Assembly (NCBI RefSeq): GCF_036588685.1
Contig: NC_086378.1
Location: forward strand, 23,746,001 to 23,810,000
DNA length: 64,000 nt
Direction: 5' to 3'
Source of the DNA: Mytilus trossulus
Taxonomy: Eukaryota
Shown here: piece by piece, positions 25,391 through 39,190 of the stretch
Position numbering within the stretch: the first letter of the stretch is position 1
How the letters are laid out: each line of letters starts with the position of its first letter
Translations under genes and position numbers: made by a program
The notes under the pieces: generated by a model
What the model was told of the DNA's origin: nothing
The model's database searches: none
Seen by the model: only the letters and a program-made list of their open reading frames with translations

Positions 25391-25756
25391 TGCCCATTGC
25401 CCACTCTATATGAGTGGCAATAATCTATAATGTTAGTGTTATTCATGGACAAGTTAAAAACAATCTGAATCCTCGGTGAATAAATCTTTTCACAAGTAAA
25501 AGTATTTTTTAAAAAGTTAACCAAAAAATTTCGAAACTCCCTGAAAAATGCACTCCGAAAGATTGTTATCAAATGGAAAAACCAAAAACTCAAACAATTT
25601 CTATTTTTAATTTAGGTGAATGTGGTTTTAGCTTTTCATTATAAGCATATCAACATAAATCGAAGCAAAATACAATTATTGTTGAACATGTTGTATTCCA
25701 CATTACATGTTTAATTTTATACATTGAAGTAAAACATGCACATCTTATATTATTAG

Positions 25757-25895
25757 TGACATAGTGTGCTAGTGACCTACCACGATATATATAAGGTCAA
25801 TAAATTTCATATGGGTTAGGAGCAAATCGCAAATCGTCATATGGAATTTACTGACCCCATTCATATGATATTAGGTCATTAACACACTGTGTGAC
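25757..25895. repeat. Degenerate palindromic MITE-like hairpin
   Basis: ACATAGTGTGCTAGTGACCTA / TAGGTCATTAACACACTGTGT and GGTCAATAAATTTCATATG / CATATGGAATTTACTGACC. Confidence 0.65.
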
Positions 25896-27207
25896 AAATT
25901 AACCTTACCAATTTTTTTAACAGTTGTTATAAAGACTAGCGGCCTATCAACGTTATTAAGGCTTTAACCATATTAACCTACATGACTTGGTCTATACAAA
26001 AGCAAATGAATACCAACATTAACAACTTGTTATCTTTTAATGTGTTATATGAATTTGATTCCATTGTTCATCATCAACTAGTTCTCTAACCTTTAAGGTT
26101 TTCCCTCAACGCCGTGTTGTTTAAACAAAGGATTGTAACACCACTTATAACCTGTATTAAAATTAACCACAATATCAAAAACTGAGAATGGAATTGTGAA
26201 ATGTGTCGAATAGATAACAACCCGACCTAGATAACAGTTGAATACTGTACCCTGGGCGTGTTCAAGCTGGCCCCTAAACAAAAATGTGTACTAGTTCAGT
26301 GTTAATGGCCGTCATACTAAACTTCGAAATATACAAATGAACTCAAATCAACAATAATACAAGACTTCGAAAATCGAGAGGCTCCTCTCTCGGGACAAGC
26401 AAAAACAAGCATCGGGGCTCAACATGTTTTGTTAGTTCTCAATCCTCCCTATACCTCTAACCAATGTGGAAAAAAACTAACACAGAGCAATACGCACAGA
26501 TAAACTAAGTTTAAAAGAATTCCGATTCCCATTTCAGAATAGGTAACAAAAGAAACTAAGCTAAATTACAATGATACATAAATAAACAAAGGACTACTAC
26601 AATGTAGCAGTTACCGACCTTCCAGCTCCAGACCTCAATTAAACTGAATGAAAGAATAAGTCTTTAAATTATCATATGAAAATCAAGCACAATACCTCCC
26701 GCTAGGTTTTATAGTGGTTTAGTATTATACCATTATAAAATGATGAGAACAAATATAACCCGTATCACACGCATACCAACCCCATATGAAATATACCAGG
26801 TGTCAATTATGTTCTGAGAAATGTATATGAGGTAAGATAATAAATCAGATTAGAACAAATTAAAACGCATATGACGTCGGTGAAAATCTAGTGTTAACCT
26901 TTTACTTGATTGCGCGTTGCGTTCAATTTTCAGAGAGCATTTGACGTTTCTTAAGTTTTTAAGATTTTTAACATTTATTTAAGTGCATATGTTGTTTTGT
27001 TTAAATTCCAATTCTAACAGACAACTTTACTTGAATACGACTGATGTGGAGAAATGTGCTATACAAAATCCGCTACTTCGTAAGATTGTGCATACATTTA
27101 AATAACTCGTATTATTTGCACGAATAGGAGGAGTGCATACCTCACACAGATAGTTATTTGTATTTAAAAGGTCAGTGGCAAACCAGTTTTTTTCGAATAA
27201 GACTGAC

Positions 27208-27247
27208 ATGTGCGAAATGAAAGTCCTTTTGATGACATTTGATAGCG
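27208..27247 (+). CDS. Proposed first coding exon of the GPCR (MCEMKVLLMTFDS)
   Basis: Open from ATG 27208 (also ATG 27217, 27232) to a strong donor G|GTAAGC at 27248. Phase 1 matches the acceptor at 28319 (G+AT = Asp). Confidence 0.5.
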
Positions 27248-27369
27248 GTAAGCTCCTCCTCTCTCTACTTCGTGTAATTATCACGTGGACAAGTTTTATT
27301 TAAGTTAAGAAAAATACTTATTTTATCATAGACTACCAAACCAAATATGCATAGTAAGTATTATGTTTA

Positions 27370-27799
27370 TACTAGTAAATTATAGGAGGTTTTTGACATT
27401 ATGATATATTTGTATTCGTCAATACCATTGAAGTTTAAGTTTAAGTAACTTTCCTATTTTTGGCAGTCTAAGTTCTAATAATTTCTTTATACAAAAATCT
27501 GTTTTTGTTTTTTTTGTATTCAAATATTCATATTTACATAGACATTTACAAATGGAGCGATTCCTAGAACAATCACAATATACTGGTAAATTATAGGAGG
27601 TTTTTACATTATGATATATTTTAATTCATAAATACCTTTGACGTTTAAGTTTAAGTAACTTTCTTGTTTTTAGGCAGTCTAAGTTCTAATAATTTCTCTA
27701 TAATAAAAATTCCGTTTTCGTTTTTTTGTATTCAAATATTCATATTTACATGGACAATGCAGCATACGAAATGGAGCGATTCCTAAAACAATCACAATA
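27370..27799 (+). repeat. Tandem duplication of ~211 bp, two copies, in the proposed GPCR intron
   Basis: TACTRGTAAATTATAGGAGG...AATGGAGCGATTCCTARAACAATCACAATA occurs twice (27370-27580, 27581-27799). Confidence 0.92.
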
Positions 27800-28319
27800 A
27801 CATACTGAGTGTGTTCTACTAGGTGTTTATAAAGGGAAAGCACACATAGCGACTGCCACATACAAGTAATATCTAATTGACTGTCAGAGAAGATAAGCAT
27901 AGGCGATTGGACATTCTAGGCAGTTGTTGGAAGTATCAATCATGTCAATTGACATAAAACCAGCAAATACAATAAACGCAAACAAACATCCAAAGTGATT
28001 AAAAATCTGTAGTAAAGAACACACTCAGGCACCAACACTACACTTTTAAAAGATTATTTGTTACATTTCCTTCCTAACTTGTACCAGGTATATTATTCAA
28101 TTACCAACGACCTATGCAACTTTTGGTACCGTACACGCCTTTGTTAGCTTTGTAAGCTTCGTTACTTGATATTATGCTTAAGCAAACAGCATGTCTATAT
28201 ATATAAAAAAAAACAAAAAACATCAAATACCGTTTATATCGTAATGAAATATTGTATTATTAAAAAAAAATCACTTGATTTTATTAGTTTAATAATTTGA
28301 AATAATTTTTCTTTTCCAG

Positions 28320-29488
28320 ATTTGACTAATAGTTCGTCTTTTCTAACTGGTGATATCTCGGAATATGAATATTTAGCAGACATCTTACGATCAATGAACC
28401 TGTCACAGTTTGGTAACGAGAGTGATCATGAATTGTTATACAATTTGATCAAACAAATTCAACAGAAAGTTGATTCAGAACAAGATGCATCTGTTCTAAT
28501 TTACAACTTACTGACATTTGTACCTCCACTCATTTTAGCATTTGGAATTGTTGGAAATATTTTGTCGTTTATTGTTCTCACTAAATTTTCCAAAAGGTTT
28601 CCTAGTTACCATTACCTGTATGTACTGGCATCTTTAGATATGGTTGTGTTATTAACAGGGCTGTTAAGACTATGGGTAAAACAAATAACCGGAAACGACG
28701 TTGCGAGTGAATCTAATTTTCTGTGTCCGCTATTCACATTTTTAGGTTTTTTCAGTAGTGTTGCTAGTGTGTGGATTGTCCTGGCTATATCTATTGATCG
28801 TGCGATTGCAATTAAATATCCTCTGAAGAGATATAAGGAAGATGTCAACAAACGAACAAAACTTATTATTCTGATTATTTTGATAGGAAGTGGATTAGTA
28901 AATATTCATTTCCTTTTTACCATGGGGTTGCAACCAAACAAATCACATGACCTCACATCATCATGTGACCCGCATTTGATGTACCTTAACTTTTATCGAA
29001 CTGTTTGGGCATGGATTGACGCCATAATTTACTCATGGATTCCATTTTGCGTCATTGGTATTACTAATATATTTACTATCATTGGCCTTTTTATCGCACG
29101 AAAAACTAGAAAATCATTAAACAGTAAAGAAGTCAAAGTATCACATCGGGAGCATTACATGACTATCATGGTACTTACCATTTCTATATCCGTCCTTATC
29201 ATGCTTGTTCCAGTCAATACCATAATGATAATGTTGATATTTTGGAAAAACACAGTTGGATCAAACCAAGAATTATATAGTATGCAGGTAGCAAAAACAA
29301 TCGGCGAACTATTAATGTATACAAGTCATTCGGTTAACTTTGTACTTTATTACTGGGCCGGTTCCCAATTCAGACATCAATTTGGGAAGGTATTCTTTCC
29401 AAAGAAAAAAGAAAAAAGAGTTCATAGAATGTCTACTTTTGAACCTACATGTAGTAAATCAATACTATCCATTGATGATGATTTATGA
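28320..29488 (+). CDS. Class A GPCR, FMRFamide / sex-peptide-receptor-like orphan peptide receptor, main exon
   Basis: Seven hydrophobic segments; GN (TM1), LASLD (TM2), DRAIAIKYP (TM3), Cys in TM3 and ECL2, IPF (TM5), SHSVNFVLY..GSQFR (TM7/helix 8); N-terminal sequons NSS, NLS, NES. Acceptor TTTTTCTTTTCCAG ends at 28319, so the TTG 'start' of the ORF track is internal. Confidence 0.93.
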
Positions 29489-29513
29489 GTATTAGTTTTA
29501 GGAAAGTCATATA

Positions 29514-29701
29514 CTGTAAACCAAATTATTTTCGCGTCTTTCGCGAGTAGAAAATACGCAAATATAAATCATCGCGAATTTGTATTTCCTTATTGCACTA
29601 TATAAAATAATTAAGAATATCGCAAAATTAAATAGCCGCGAAGTGGAATAGAAAGGGTTAAACTCGAAATAAAGTATCCGCGAAAATAAGCTGGTTTACA
29701 G
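29514..29701. mobile_element. MITE with TA target duplication (Tc1/mariner-type)
   Basis: TIR CTGTAAACCAaaTTATTTTCGCG / CGCGAAAATAAgcTGGTTTACAG flanked by TA; internal repeats of CGCGAA. Confidence 0.85.
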
Positions 29702-30939
29702 TATACTATCAACAATGTTTTGAGTTAAGATTAAATAAGCAATATCAGGAATTTCAAAATGTTGTATCGAGTAGATCATAATGTAGAACAAGCTTAATAG
29801 TGCGGTTAAAATTTTACAAGGAATAAAAATCACTATATTTATGCTTTTATTATTTGTGTTATTGAACTGCTGTTGACATCGCCATATTTCAGCGCTTTTA
29901 CAATTGAAAAAGGTTACATTAACTTACCAATAGGTACGGACGCTATATTTTATTATTGTGTGAATAAAGCTTCCATCAACTGTTGATTTTTTTTGTTTTT
30001 GTTAGATAATACTAATAAATGAAGGTGTGGAAATGTAGTTTAATGAGTTAGCAACTACATGACACAAAATAAACTTTATCTTAAAGATCAACACACAGTC
30101 ATACAAATTAGATGATTGTTTCAAAATTATGTACAGCGTTGCTTATGTCACACTCAACATTGGTTCTTCTGAAGTACAAACAAGTATTACACACTCATCA
30201 ATAACAAACAAATATAACACAAGGTGAAAATATAATATTGTGACAGTAAGAGTTCTGACAAAGGAGGAACATATACATTTTTTTTGTTTTTTACAAGAGT
30301 TTTGATGTATATGGTACATGTAAAGGAATAACAAAACTTTCTTTAAACAAAAGAGAACAAAATGTTCTAGAAAAGGGAATATAATGTTCCAGAAAAGGTT
30401 ATAACACTTATATATAAGATAGCATTGAAAACAATTCAACTTAACAAATCGTTTAAAAAAATTAAAGCACAGTCCTGTTGAGAACGGTTTTATTACTTAT
30501 CTGTTGCTTCTACAGTTCTACCTCGGAATAGATTGACTATTGGAAGGTCATAATAATTAGGCAAGTTCAAATGAAAATCCAACTTTTCAATCAAACAGGC
30601 CACTAGTTTATACATAACAGGTGTAAACTACATTGCATGCTTTATTTGTATATTGTATTATATTGTATGAGTCTCTTGACAAACAATTGCTGGGCAAACA
30701 ATTATATTTACATATAATACACCCTTTGATTCATATTCTTATAACAGAATTGTGAGGAATCAGTTAAACATTTTGCTTTAAATTTTACTTTATTTCGATG
30801 GCCACTCCTCAAACTGGATAATTAAGAATCAATGATGTTCTGCTACCTTTTGTCTTTAGTTGAGATTGGGTCACGATCGAAGATGTACTTGGGTTAAGTT
30901 AATTTTTTTTCTGACAACAGGAGTCGAGGACAATATAAA

Positions 30940-31950
30940 AAAAGTAAAATCACAAAAAATACTGTTCTTAGAGGAAAATCGTATCGGAAAGTCCATAATC
31001 ACATGGCAAAATCAAATTACAAAACACATCAAGATGTCATATTCCTGACTTGGTACAGGCATTTTCAAATGTAGAAAACGGTGGATTAAACCCGGTTTTG
31101 TAGCGCTAACCCTCTCACTTTGATGACAGTCTAATTAAATTACGTTATATTTACAATGATGCGTGAACTAAACAGACATACTTAATAAAACAGTCAAAAT
31201 ATAGGTACAGCAGTCATGGTCTTGTAACAATTTTAAAAGGAACAATTTAACAGAACACATAAACATCTATCTACAAACACATTCATTGATTCGCTAGTCT
31301 GTCGTCAGAAAATTGTATACGTCACATATATTTGTCGTTCAATGTATATACAAACAATATTATAATTTCACATATGCAATGTAGGCATACAGGGTTCAAA
31401 AATCAAAAGTATGTAAGAATTGATTTCGGAAAACGACCGAGATTTAAAATAGTCCAAAAGTTATATAGAATTTATAAGAATCCACAAAAAGTTCATTGCA
31501 CTACGCGATTGAAATATTTTGTCGTTTGTGGTTCAACGTATTTTGTAATTCATAATAGGAATATATCATAATGACATAAACTAGAACAATATCAAACTGA
31601 CGGGATCTTTTAAAGTACATATTCACGTTATAAGAACCAAAGAAATACAAAATGTCGCATATACAAAACACACCTGCAAAAAATGAAAGACGATACAAAC
31701 ACATTGACGGGATGTTTAAGTACCGAGCCTCGTTAAATGGATATCACATAAAACATTTCAACAGTAAAAGAAATATTAAAAATAAAACAAAGACAAATGA
31801 CAGAACAATAAAACATATTTTTAAGATGATAAACAACAAAAAAAGTATAGTACAGATACAGAAGAAAAGGAAAAATCCGTTCAAAGTGACAAAAAACGTT
31901 ACCAACAAATGGAAAACCACTGCCATATTCCTGACTAGGTACAATCATTT
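30940..31950 (+). repeat. Abundant interspersed repeat family with 'CTGTCATATTCCTGACTTGGTACAGGCAT'
   Basis: Homologous segments at ~43480-43620, 48088-48210, 55058-55200, 57560-57840 (+) and 35068-35195, 52778-52980, 56930-57065, 62035-62160 (-). Confidence 0.75.
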
Positions 31951-31969
31951 TCGGAAGAGAAACAAATAG

Positions 31970-32348
31970 TTAATACGTCAGACGCGCGTTTCGTCTACAA
32001 AAGACTCATCTGTGACGCTCAAATCAAAATAGTTATAAAGCTAAACAAGTAAAAATTTGAAGAGCATTGATGACCAAAAAGTTTTCCAAATACGGCTATG
32101 GTAATCTTTTCTTGGGATAAGAACATTCTTAGTTTTTCGAAAAATGCAAAGTTTTGTTAAAGGAAATTTATTGAAATGGCCATATAATTTATATTAATGG
32201 CAACATAAAAATGCTGACTACTGGGCTGGTGATACCCTCGGAGACGAAACGTCCACCAGCAGTGAATTGACCCGGCGATGTAAATAGTTATCAAATGTAC
32301 CAGGATTATAATTTAATATGCCAGATGCGCGTTTCGTCTACATGAGAC
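31970..32348 (-). mobile_element. Retrozyme family A, slightly more than one unit (~344 nt)
   Basis: Hammerhead at 31975-32018 (core mutated to CAGAUGA) and a second truncated hammerhead at ~32318-32348. Confidence 0.85.
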
Positions 32349-35300
32349 AAAATCGTGGGTTAAACCTGGTTTAATAGAAACGATAAGTTTCCCGATTTGT
32401 GACAGTTGTTAGTAGTTCTAATATATTAATAGAATTGAGTGAGCATCCCAAACAGACATAATGTTACAATAATTGGAATTCAGCAGCCACACCTGTGTAA
32501 ATATATATCACAGACATAAAACACAACTGACTAAATTATTCAAACAAATGTACAATTAAATCATACAAAGGCGATAATAAAATATAACATATATATTATG
32601 GAAAAAACAGGGACATTAACTCACAATTAAACCATTATTTCAAATGCTGTTAATGATAAAAGGCTTGTCTGCCTTATACGTATACCTCCAAAGTTATGCA
32701 GCAAATACAGCTGTGATCCTTTAACGGACAAGTTTGAACGTTACGTATTCACATTGAAGTTATTTCAAAGTTAAAATGTGTAAAAACAAAAACGGAACGC
32801 TGCTCGCATGTACAAAGCAAGAGTGGGCTAAATAAAATCTATGAATTGTCGGTACTGAGTTAAATGTGGATTATATACTATACAGTGGTTGTGTTAAAAG
32901 TCATCATTCACAAATAGAAGTCTTGTAAAATATGTCTGAAAGATCTGCATAAAAAAATCAAGTATTAAGATGACAGAATCAATTATTTTTATCATATCGC
33001 TATGACAAGTAAGAGAACAGTTTGCTTGAATACAAATTTCAATCGTTTTCGTATATTCTTTTTTATAAGTTAGTTTTATGAAAGTGCTATGATTTGAGAT
33101 TAAAAAATAGCTTTCTGTTGAATAGTTTTGTCTCATACAAAGGTCGTTCACTAACGCTTTCATCCCTTCTATAGCTACCTGTTGTTAGTGTATATATTTA
33201 GACTTTATTCATTATCACAATTAATAACAATTTATTATCAAATGTTAACTGATATTGTTTTATTTAAATAAACAACTGTGTGTGTGCTTTGCTACTTGAA
33301 ACATAAATCATATGTAAACTATTTATTGTCACAGATCAATCTAGATATTTTTGCAGGAAAAAGACAAAATTTGTTTCCATATTCTGCATTTAAATTTTCT
33401 TTTCAAATACTTAAATTTTGACTTTAACCTTTTTTTATGACAAAAAGCGCGTTAGACGTACAAAATTATGAACCCAGATTTGTTGATGAGAATACTTTAA
33501 TTGTGTAACGCTTCATTTCAGAAGGTTTTATCTCGCGTTTTTTGTGTTATAATAGTGCTATAAAAACAAACTTTTTGACTATTTACACTATGTCTCTGCT
33601 TTATTTGACAATGATAACTGAATTTTGCGTTTATAAAAATCTGCTTCATTAAGAAAAAATCTGTCATTTTCATTACGTATAAGAAAGAAATTCTAATCGT
33701 GAACTAATTTGAAAAGTGATTAAGCTAGTAACGGTATAAATTTACTGTTTGCAAAAGATAAATCATTCGAAATATTTTTATTTTTTTTATCCCAGACAAG
33801 GATTACCTTAGCCGTTTTTGGCACAACTTTTTTGGAATTGGGGATCCTCGATGCTCTTCAACTTTATACTTGTTTGGCTTTCCTACTTTTTTGATACGAG
33901 CGTCACTGATGAGTCTTTCGTAGACAACACGCGCGTCTGGCGTAAGATATTATAAGCTTGGTGCTATTTGACAAATGCTAAATTTAAAAAGGCCGAATAC
34001 ATCTAACACAAGAACAACAACTGTCTATTACAGCCATTTTCTTTACTACAAAATTTTAAGTTAAACCTGTTTTTAAGCAAGCTGAACCGCTCACTTGAAG
34101 GAGGATACTCATGTGGGACCAACCCAAACAGACAAAATAGGCAAACATGTCACAAATTGTCAACATATTGTTTTAATATTAATCGCTATGGAACAAATAA
34201 TAAACGTCTTTTATTTCGATTATGTACGTAAATTGAAGTTCAATGTTAAAGTATATACGTCAATTATATCAGACGTAAGAAAACAAGAAAAAAGAATTAC
34301 TTGAAACTGTGAATTATAAAAAATTATAGGAAACTTAGATTGTAATTTATTTCACAAATATTTTATCATTTATTTCGTTTAATAAAAAAATAATGTTTGG
34401 ACAATAACACATAGTTTTCTGTCTAATATTTTTTCTTATATTGAGGTCTTTTACTTACGCTTTTATCGCTAGTACATGCTGTTGATTTCTTTTCAGACAC
34501 AATTCATTATCACAATAAAATACAATAAATTATCAAATATTAACCGAAAGCTATTTCATTGAAATACCATCTTTTCTTCTATTTGAAACATAAATCAAAT
34601 TTGTATATGTCAATTATAATTCTAAACATTATAAGTGAAATATTATCAAAGTTTTATTTAATAATGTTCATCCTTCAATACTGTTAGACATTTCTCCATT
34701 ATGTATTTCTATTTTCTTATTCAATCCTATTCAAATTTTACCTTTAAAGTTTTGTTTAATTCTTTATTCGAACGACGCTAGCTTTTTCTTTGTACACGAC
34801 ACTCGTGCTTGGCTTAAAAAAAAATGTCTGCTTGGTATCGTTGATGAGATTATTTAATATCTTCATCTCCACTTTTCAAAAGATTATTATGATAAAATCG
34901 GACTTGTTGACTATTCATATAACATCATGTCTCTGGCTTTTTTTGCAAATGGTAATTAAATGTTGCTTGTATCCAAGTCTTTTTTCAAAAACCTATGACA
35001 TTTTTACAAAAAGTCCGTTGTTTTTGTGTTTACAAATTATTAATACAATGGCTTTAATAAGACTTTCATACAAGTGAGAGGGTCAACTGGCTTGAAAAAA
35101 TGCTTAATTCACTATTTTCTATATGAGGAAATGATTGTACCAATTATGGAATTGGACAAATGTGTCCATTTGTTTGATGTGTTTGTGCTTTTAATTACTT
35201 CTTAAAGAAACAAAATACAAAGAATGAACATACCAATACCATCTATAGTATAAATGAATAATACTGTTTAGGACGAATATCACGAATATATATAACTTGT

Positions 35301-37779
35301 AATATTAACAAAACCCTAATATGGTATTCAAATGGAGAACAAATAAAACATTTTTTTCAACATCGATCCATCTAATGTTCTGTTCATATTAGTAAATTCA
35401 AGTAAAATGTTAAAGTATACGTCAGTTACATATACATCAGACATATCAGACGTCATAAAAAAACCTTTAACTAACAACTGTGAAACATCAAAGTTCAAAT
35501 GTATCATACAGCTATAAACATGATAAAAAAACAAAAAAGACAGAAAAAGATTGTAATAAGACAAGTCTTGAAACAAAAAAAAAAGAGAACGGATGAATTT
35601 TGTTTACAAAATTTAGAATTTTTTCAAAACTAAGACTTTTCTACCTCAGGCATAGATTACCTTAGCTGTATTTGGCAATTTTTTATAGGAATTTTCGTCC
35701 TTAATGCTCTTCAAATTCGTTCTTTATTTGGCCTTACAACTTTGTTTGGGTTCGAGCTTCACTGTTGAGTCTTTTGTAGGCGCAACACGCGTCTGGCGTT
35801 TATACAAAATTTAGTCTTGGTATCTATGATGAGGTTATTTGCAGTAACAGAAACAGAAAAATAAAAACACTGAAAACAAATATGCAAACACAGCAGTATG
35901 ATTTGTATTTATTTTTATCATTTGAAATCATTTGTAGTTTGTATTAGGTAAACCAGTTTAAATGCATACAATGCAAGATACAGTTACGTAAAAATCTTTC
36001 ACGACGTCGAACTGGAAAATATGCATTTTCGACTGAATTGTATCATACAAACATTTCAAACACGAGGTCATGGAATTATCTTTTTTAAAAGTACAGCTCT
36101 TTGTAAAATGCAGGCAGAGGGTGATTCATGACACTTTCAAAAACACATGAAATTTTATCACAGTAGTAGGATTAACCCCTGAAAAAAAAATTTGGAACTT
36201 TTTTTCCAAAAATTGTACTGGTTGCCATGGTAAGCAGGGCAGTACTTTTACCTAAAATGGAGGGCTAAATATGTCAAAAATCAACAAATTTCAAATGTCA
36301 ATATATTTTATTAGGATTGACAATAAAAATAAAACAAAATATGTTTTGAGCAAACCAATTCATACATTTTCATTTTATAATATCAACATTTGAGTAATCG
36401 ATATCAATAAAATGAAATAATAGATGTGAAAATGTGAAAAAAATGCAAATTTGCTATTTCTCAAAAACTGTGATTTTTTAGGCTTAAGATCGTTTAATTT
36501 CTTCAGTTACCAGATTCAATTACTTAATTGATGCTGTGCATGATACTATCCAAGGTATACTTGTTTAATAAAAACTTTTAAAATTTTGGGATCTGCCCCC
36601 ATTTTTTGTTGCAATGGCAACAAAAATCTCTTATTTTTGAAAATCTCAAAAAATGTGAATTTCACTACTTTTCCAAGAAAACCTATATTTTGTCACAAAA
36701 TAAAAGTATAAAAAAATAAGAAGTGTGCCTAATAATGATTTAAATATAGATATCACAGAAAGCTCTTAAAAAATGTGATATATTACGAATTTCTGTTGCC
36801 GTGGCAACAAAAAACTCATATTTGAAATAATTGTAAAAAAGTGAAATTCCCTTCTATTTTCAGTAAGATTAAATTTTGTCATTAGATAATATTATGCAAT
36901 TGGTGGTGTTCATAATAATGATTTAAATTTATTTGAAATTTTTTAGAAAAAATAATTTTAGAACCATTTCAGTTTCCATGGCAACAAAATCTATGTTATC
37001 AAATGTTGAAAACACATGAATAACACTACTTTTCCTGGAAATTTTTTACTTTGTCACAAAATCATAACATGAAATTGGTGTTGTGCCTTAAATTGATTAA
37101 AGTGTAAGACATATATGAACCCACTACAAAAGGTAGAATATAAAACCTGTTTTTGTTGTCATGGTAACAAAAACCTTAAATTTTGAAAATGTAAATGAAA
37201 TGAATTAAACTGCTATTTCAAGTCACTAATATTTAAAACTATGCTTAATGACAATCAATATAATAAACAACAACGGTTTCAAAATGATTTTTGTATCCTA
37301 CTGATACTTTTAGAGCTTCTGCTCTTCACAAAAGAACCCCTAAGGGTGACTGGGGAATAGAAATATGGTCACTTGGTCTACTCCCGAACTACTCTTACCA
37401 TGCTTACAAGCAATTATAATTTTCTATATTTACATTTGATTTCATGGAATGGTCATTTGGCAGGGGTGGATCCAGCCATTTTAAAAAGGGGTTCCTAACC
37501 CAGGACAAAGGGGTGGGGTGTCTAATTACATGTCCCCATTCAAATGCATTGATCGTCAAAAAAAGGGGGCTATATCATAAATTTCATGCATGTCTGTCAT
37601 TTTCTGGTTTTAGTTTGCCTCAACCAAATGATATGAAACATATACATAATTGTTATTACCACAAAACAGAGATCAAGTTTGAATTTAGTTAGCGTCACTT
37701 TAACTGTTCCCGAGATATTGGGATATCTTTGTTTGTTTGATACTTTAAAAATTGTTAAAACCGAGAACCAGATCAGTTT

Positions 37780-37901
37780 CATAGGCGGATCCTGGGTGGC
37801 CCGGGCCCCCTTTTGTGGGAAAAATTTGGTTGATTATATAGGGAATCACTGAAGTTTGACTGGAGCGTCCCCCCTTACAAAAAGTTATGGATCCGCCACT
37901 G
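37780..37901. mobile_element. GC-rich MITE with 5-bp TSD
   Basis: CATAGGCGGATCC ... GGATCCGCCACTG with TSD AGTTT/AGTTT. Confidence 0.8.
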
Positions 37902-37963
37902 AGTTTAGAACTGTATAGTTTACCTTAAATGACCTGATTAAGTGAAGAAATTTCTAAAATTGA

Positions 37964-39077
37964 CTATTTGATCTTGAAGGAAAAACTTTCTTGACAACGA
38001 TTTGGACTAACTTGAAAACTGGGCCAATAATCAAAACCTAAGTACATGTTTAGATTCAGCACATCAAAGAACCCCAAGAATTCAATTTTTGTTGAAATCA
38101 AACAAATTTTAATTTTGGACCCCGATTTGGACCAATTTGAAAACCGGGCCAATAATAAAAAAAATAAGTACATGTTTAGATTCAGCATATCAAAGAACCC
38201 CAATTATTCAATTATTTGACTTAGTTTAAATTTGGACCCTCTGGACCTTAATGTAGACCAATTTGAAAACGGGACCAAAACATTAAGAATCTACATACAC
38301 ATTTAGACTCGGCATATTAAAGAACCCCAATTATTCAATTTTTGATGAAATCAAACAAAGTTTAATTTTTGAACCCTTTGTGCCCCTTTTTCCTAAACTG
38401 TTGGGACCAAAACTCCCTAAATCCATCCCAATCTACCTGTTATGATCATAAATCTTTTGTTTAAATTTCATGAATTTCTATTTAAGTTATGGTGCTTAAA
38501 CCAAGAAAAATGCTTATTTGGCCCCTTTTTTGGCCCCTAATTCCTAAATTGTTGGAACTGCAACTCCCAAAATCAATCCTAACCTTCCTTTTGTGTTCAT
38601 TAACCTTGTGTTTAAATTTCATTGATTTCCATTTACTTATACTAAAGTTAAGGTGCAAAAGCTAAGGAAAATGCTTATTTGGGCCCTTTTTGGTCCCTAA
38701 TTCCTAATTTGTTGGGACTTCAACTCCCAAAATCAATTCCAACCTTCTTTTTTGTGTTCATAAACCTTGTGACTAAATTTCATTGATTTCCATTCACTTA
38801 TACTAAAGCTAGTGTGCGAAAACCATGAAAATGCTTACTTGGGCCTTTTTATTTAGGCCTAATTCCTAAACTGTTAGGACCAAAACTCCAAAAATCAATC
38901 TCAACCATCTTTTTAAGGTCGTAAACCCTGTGTTAAAGGTCATAGATTTCTATATAATTATACTAAAGTTATAGTGCGAAAACCAAATGTCTTTGTGAAG
39001 AAGACGACGCCGGACGACGACGCCAACGTTATACCAATATACGACCAAACAATTTCAATATTTGCGGTCGTATAAAA
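37964..39077 (-). mobile_element. HINE / DINE-1-like element with two internal tandem arrays
   Basis: Terminal hairpin TATACGACC...GGTCGTATA-AAA and GACGAC microsatellite; ~127-bp unit x3 (38052, 38178, 38305) and ~160-bp unit x4 (38390, 38541, 38701, 38863). Confidence 0.75.
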
Positions 39078-39190
39078 CGGGGGGATATTCTAGTTTTCAG
39101 ACAATGCTTTGAACAGTTATCAAACTTTGGTGACGGGTGTATATCTTTTAAAAATCATAACCTCCCTTTAGTTTTCATGCATTTGTGATA

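Noticed and set aside
28322-28324. TTG start codon of the 388-aa ORF
   Set aside because: It lies 2 nt after a strong splice acceptor in a eukaryotic gene, so it is an internal Leu.
36600-37200. Regularly spaced palindromes as a CRISPR-like array
   Set aside because: The intervening sequences are homologous tandem units of ~180 bp, not unique spacers; no cas genes; eukaryotic context.
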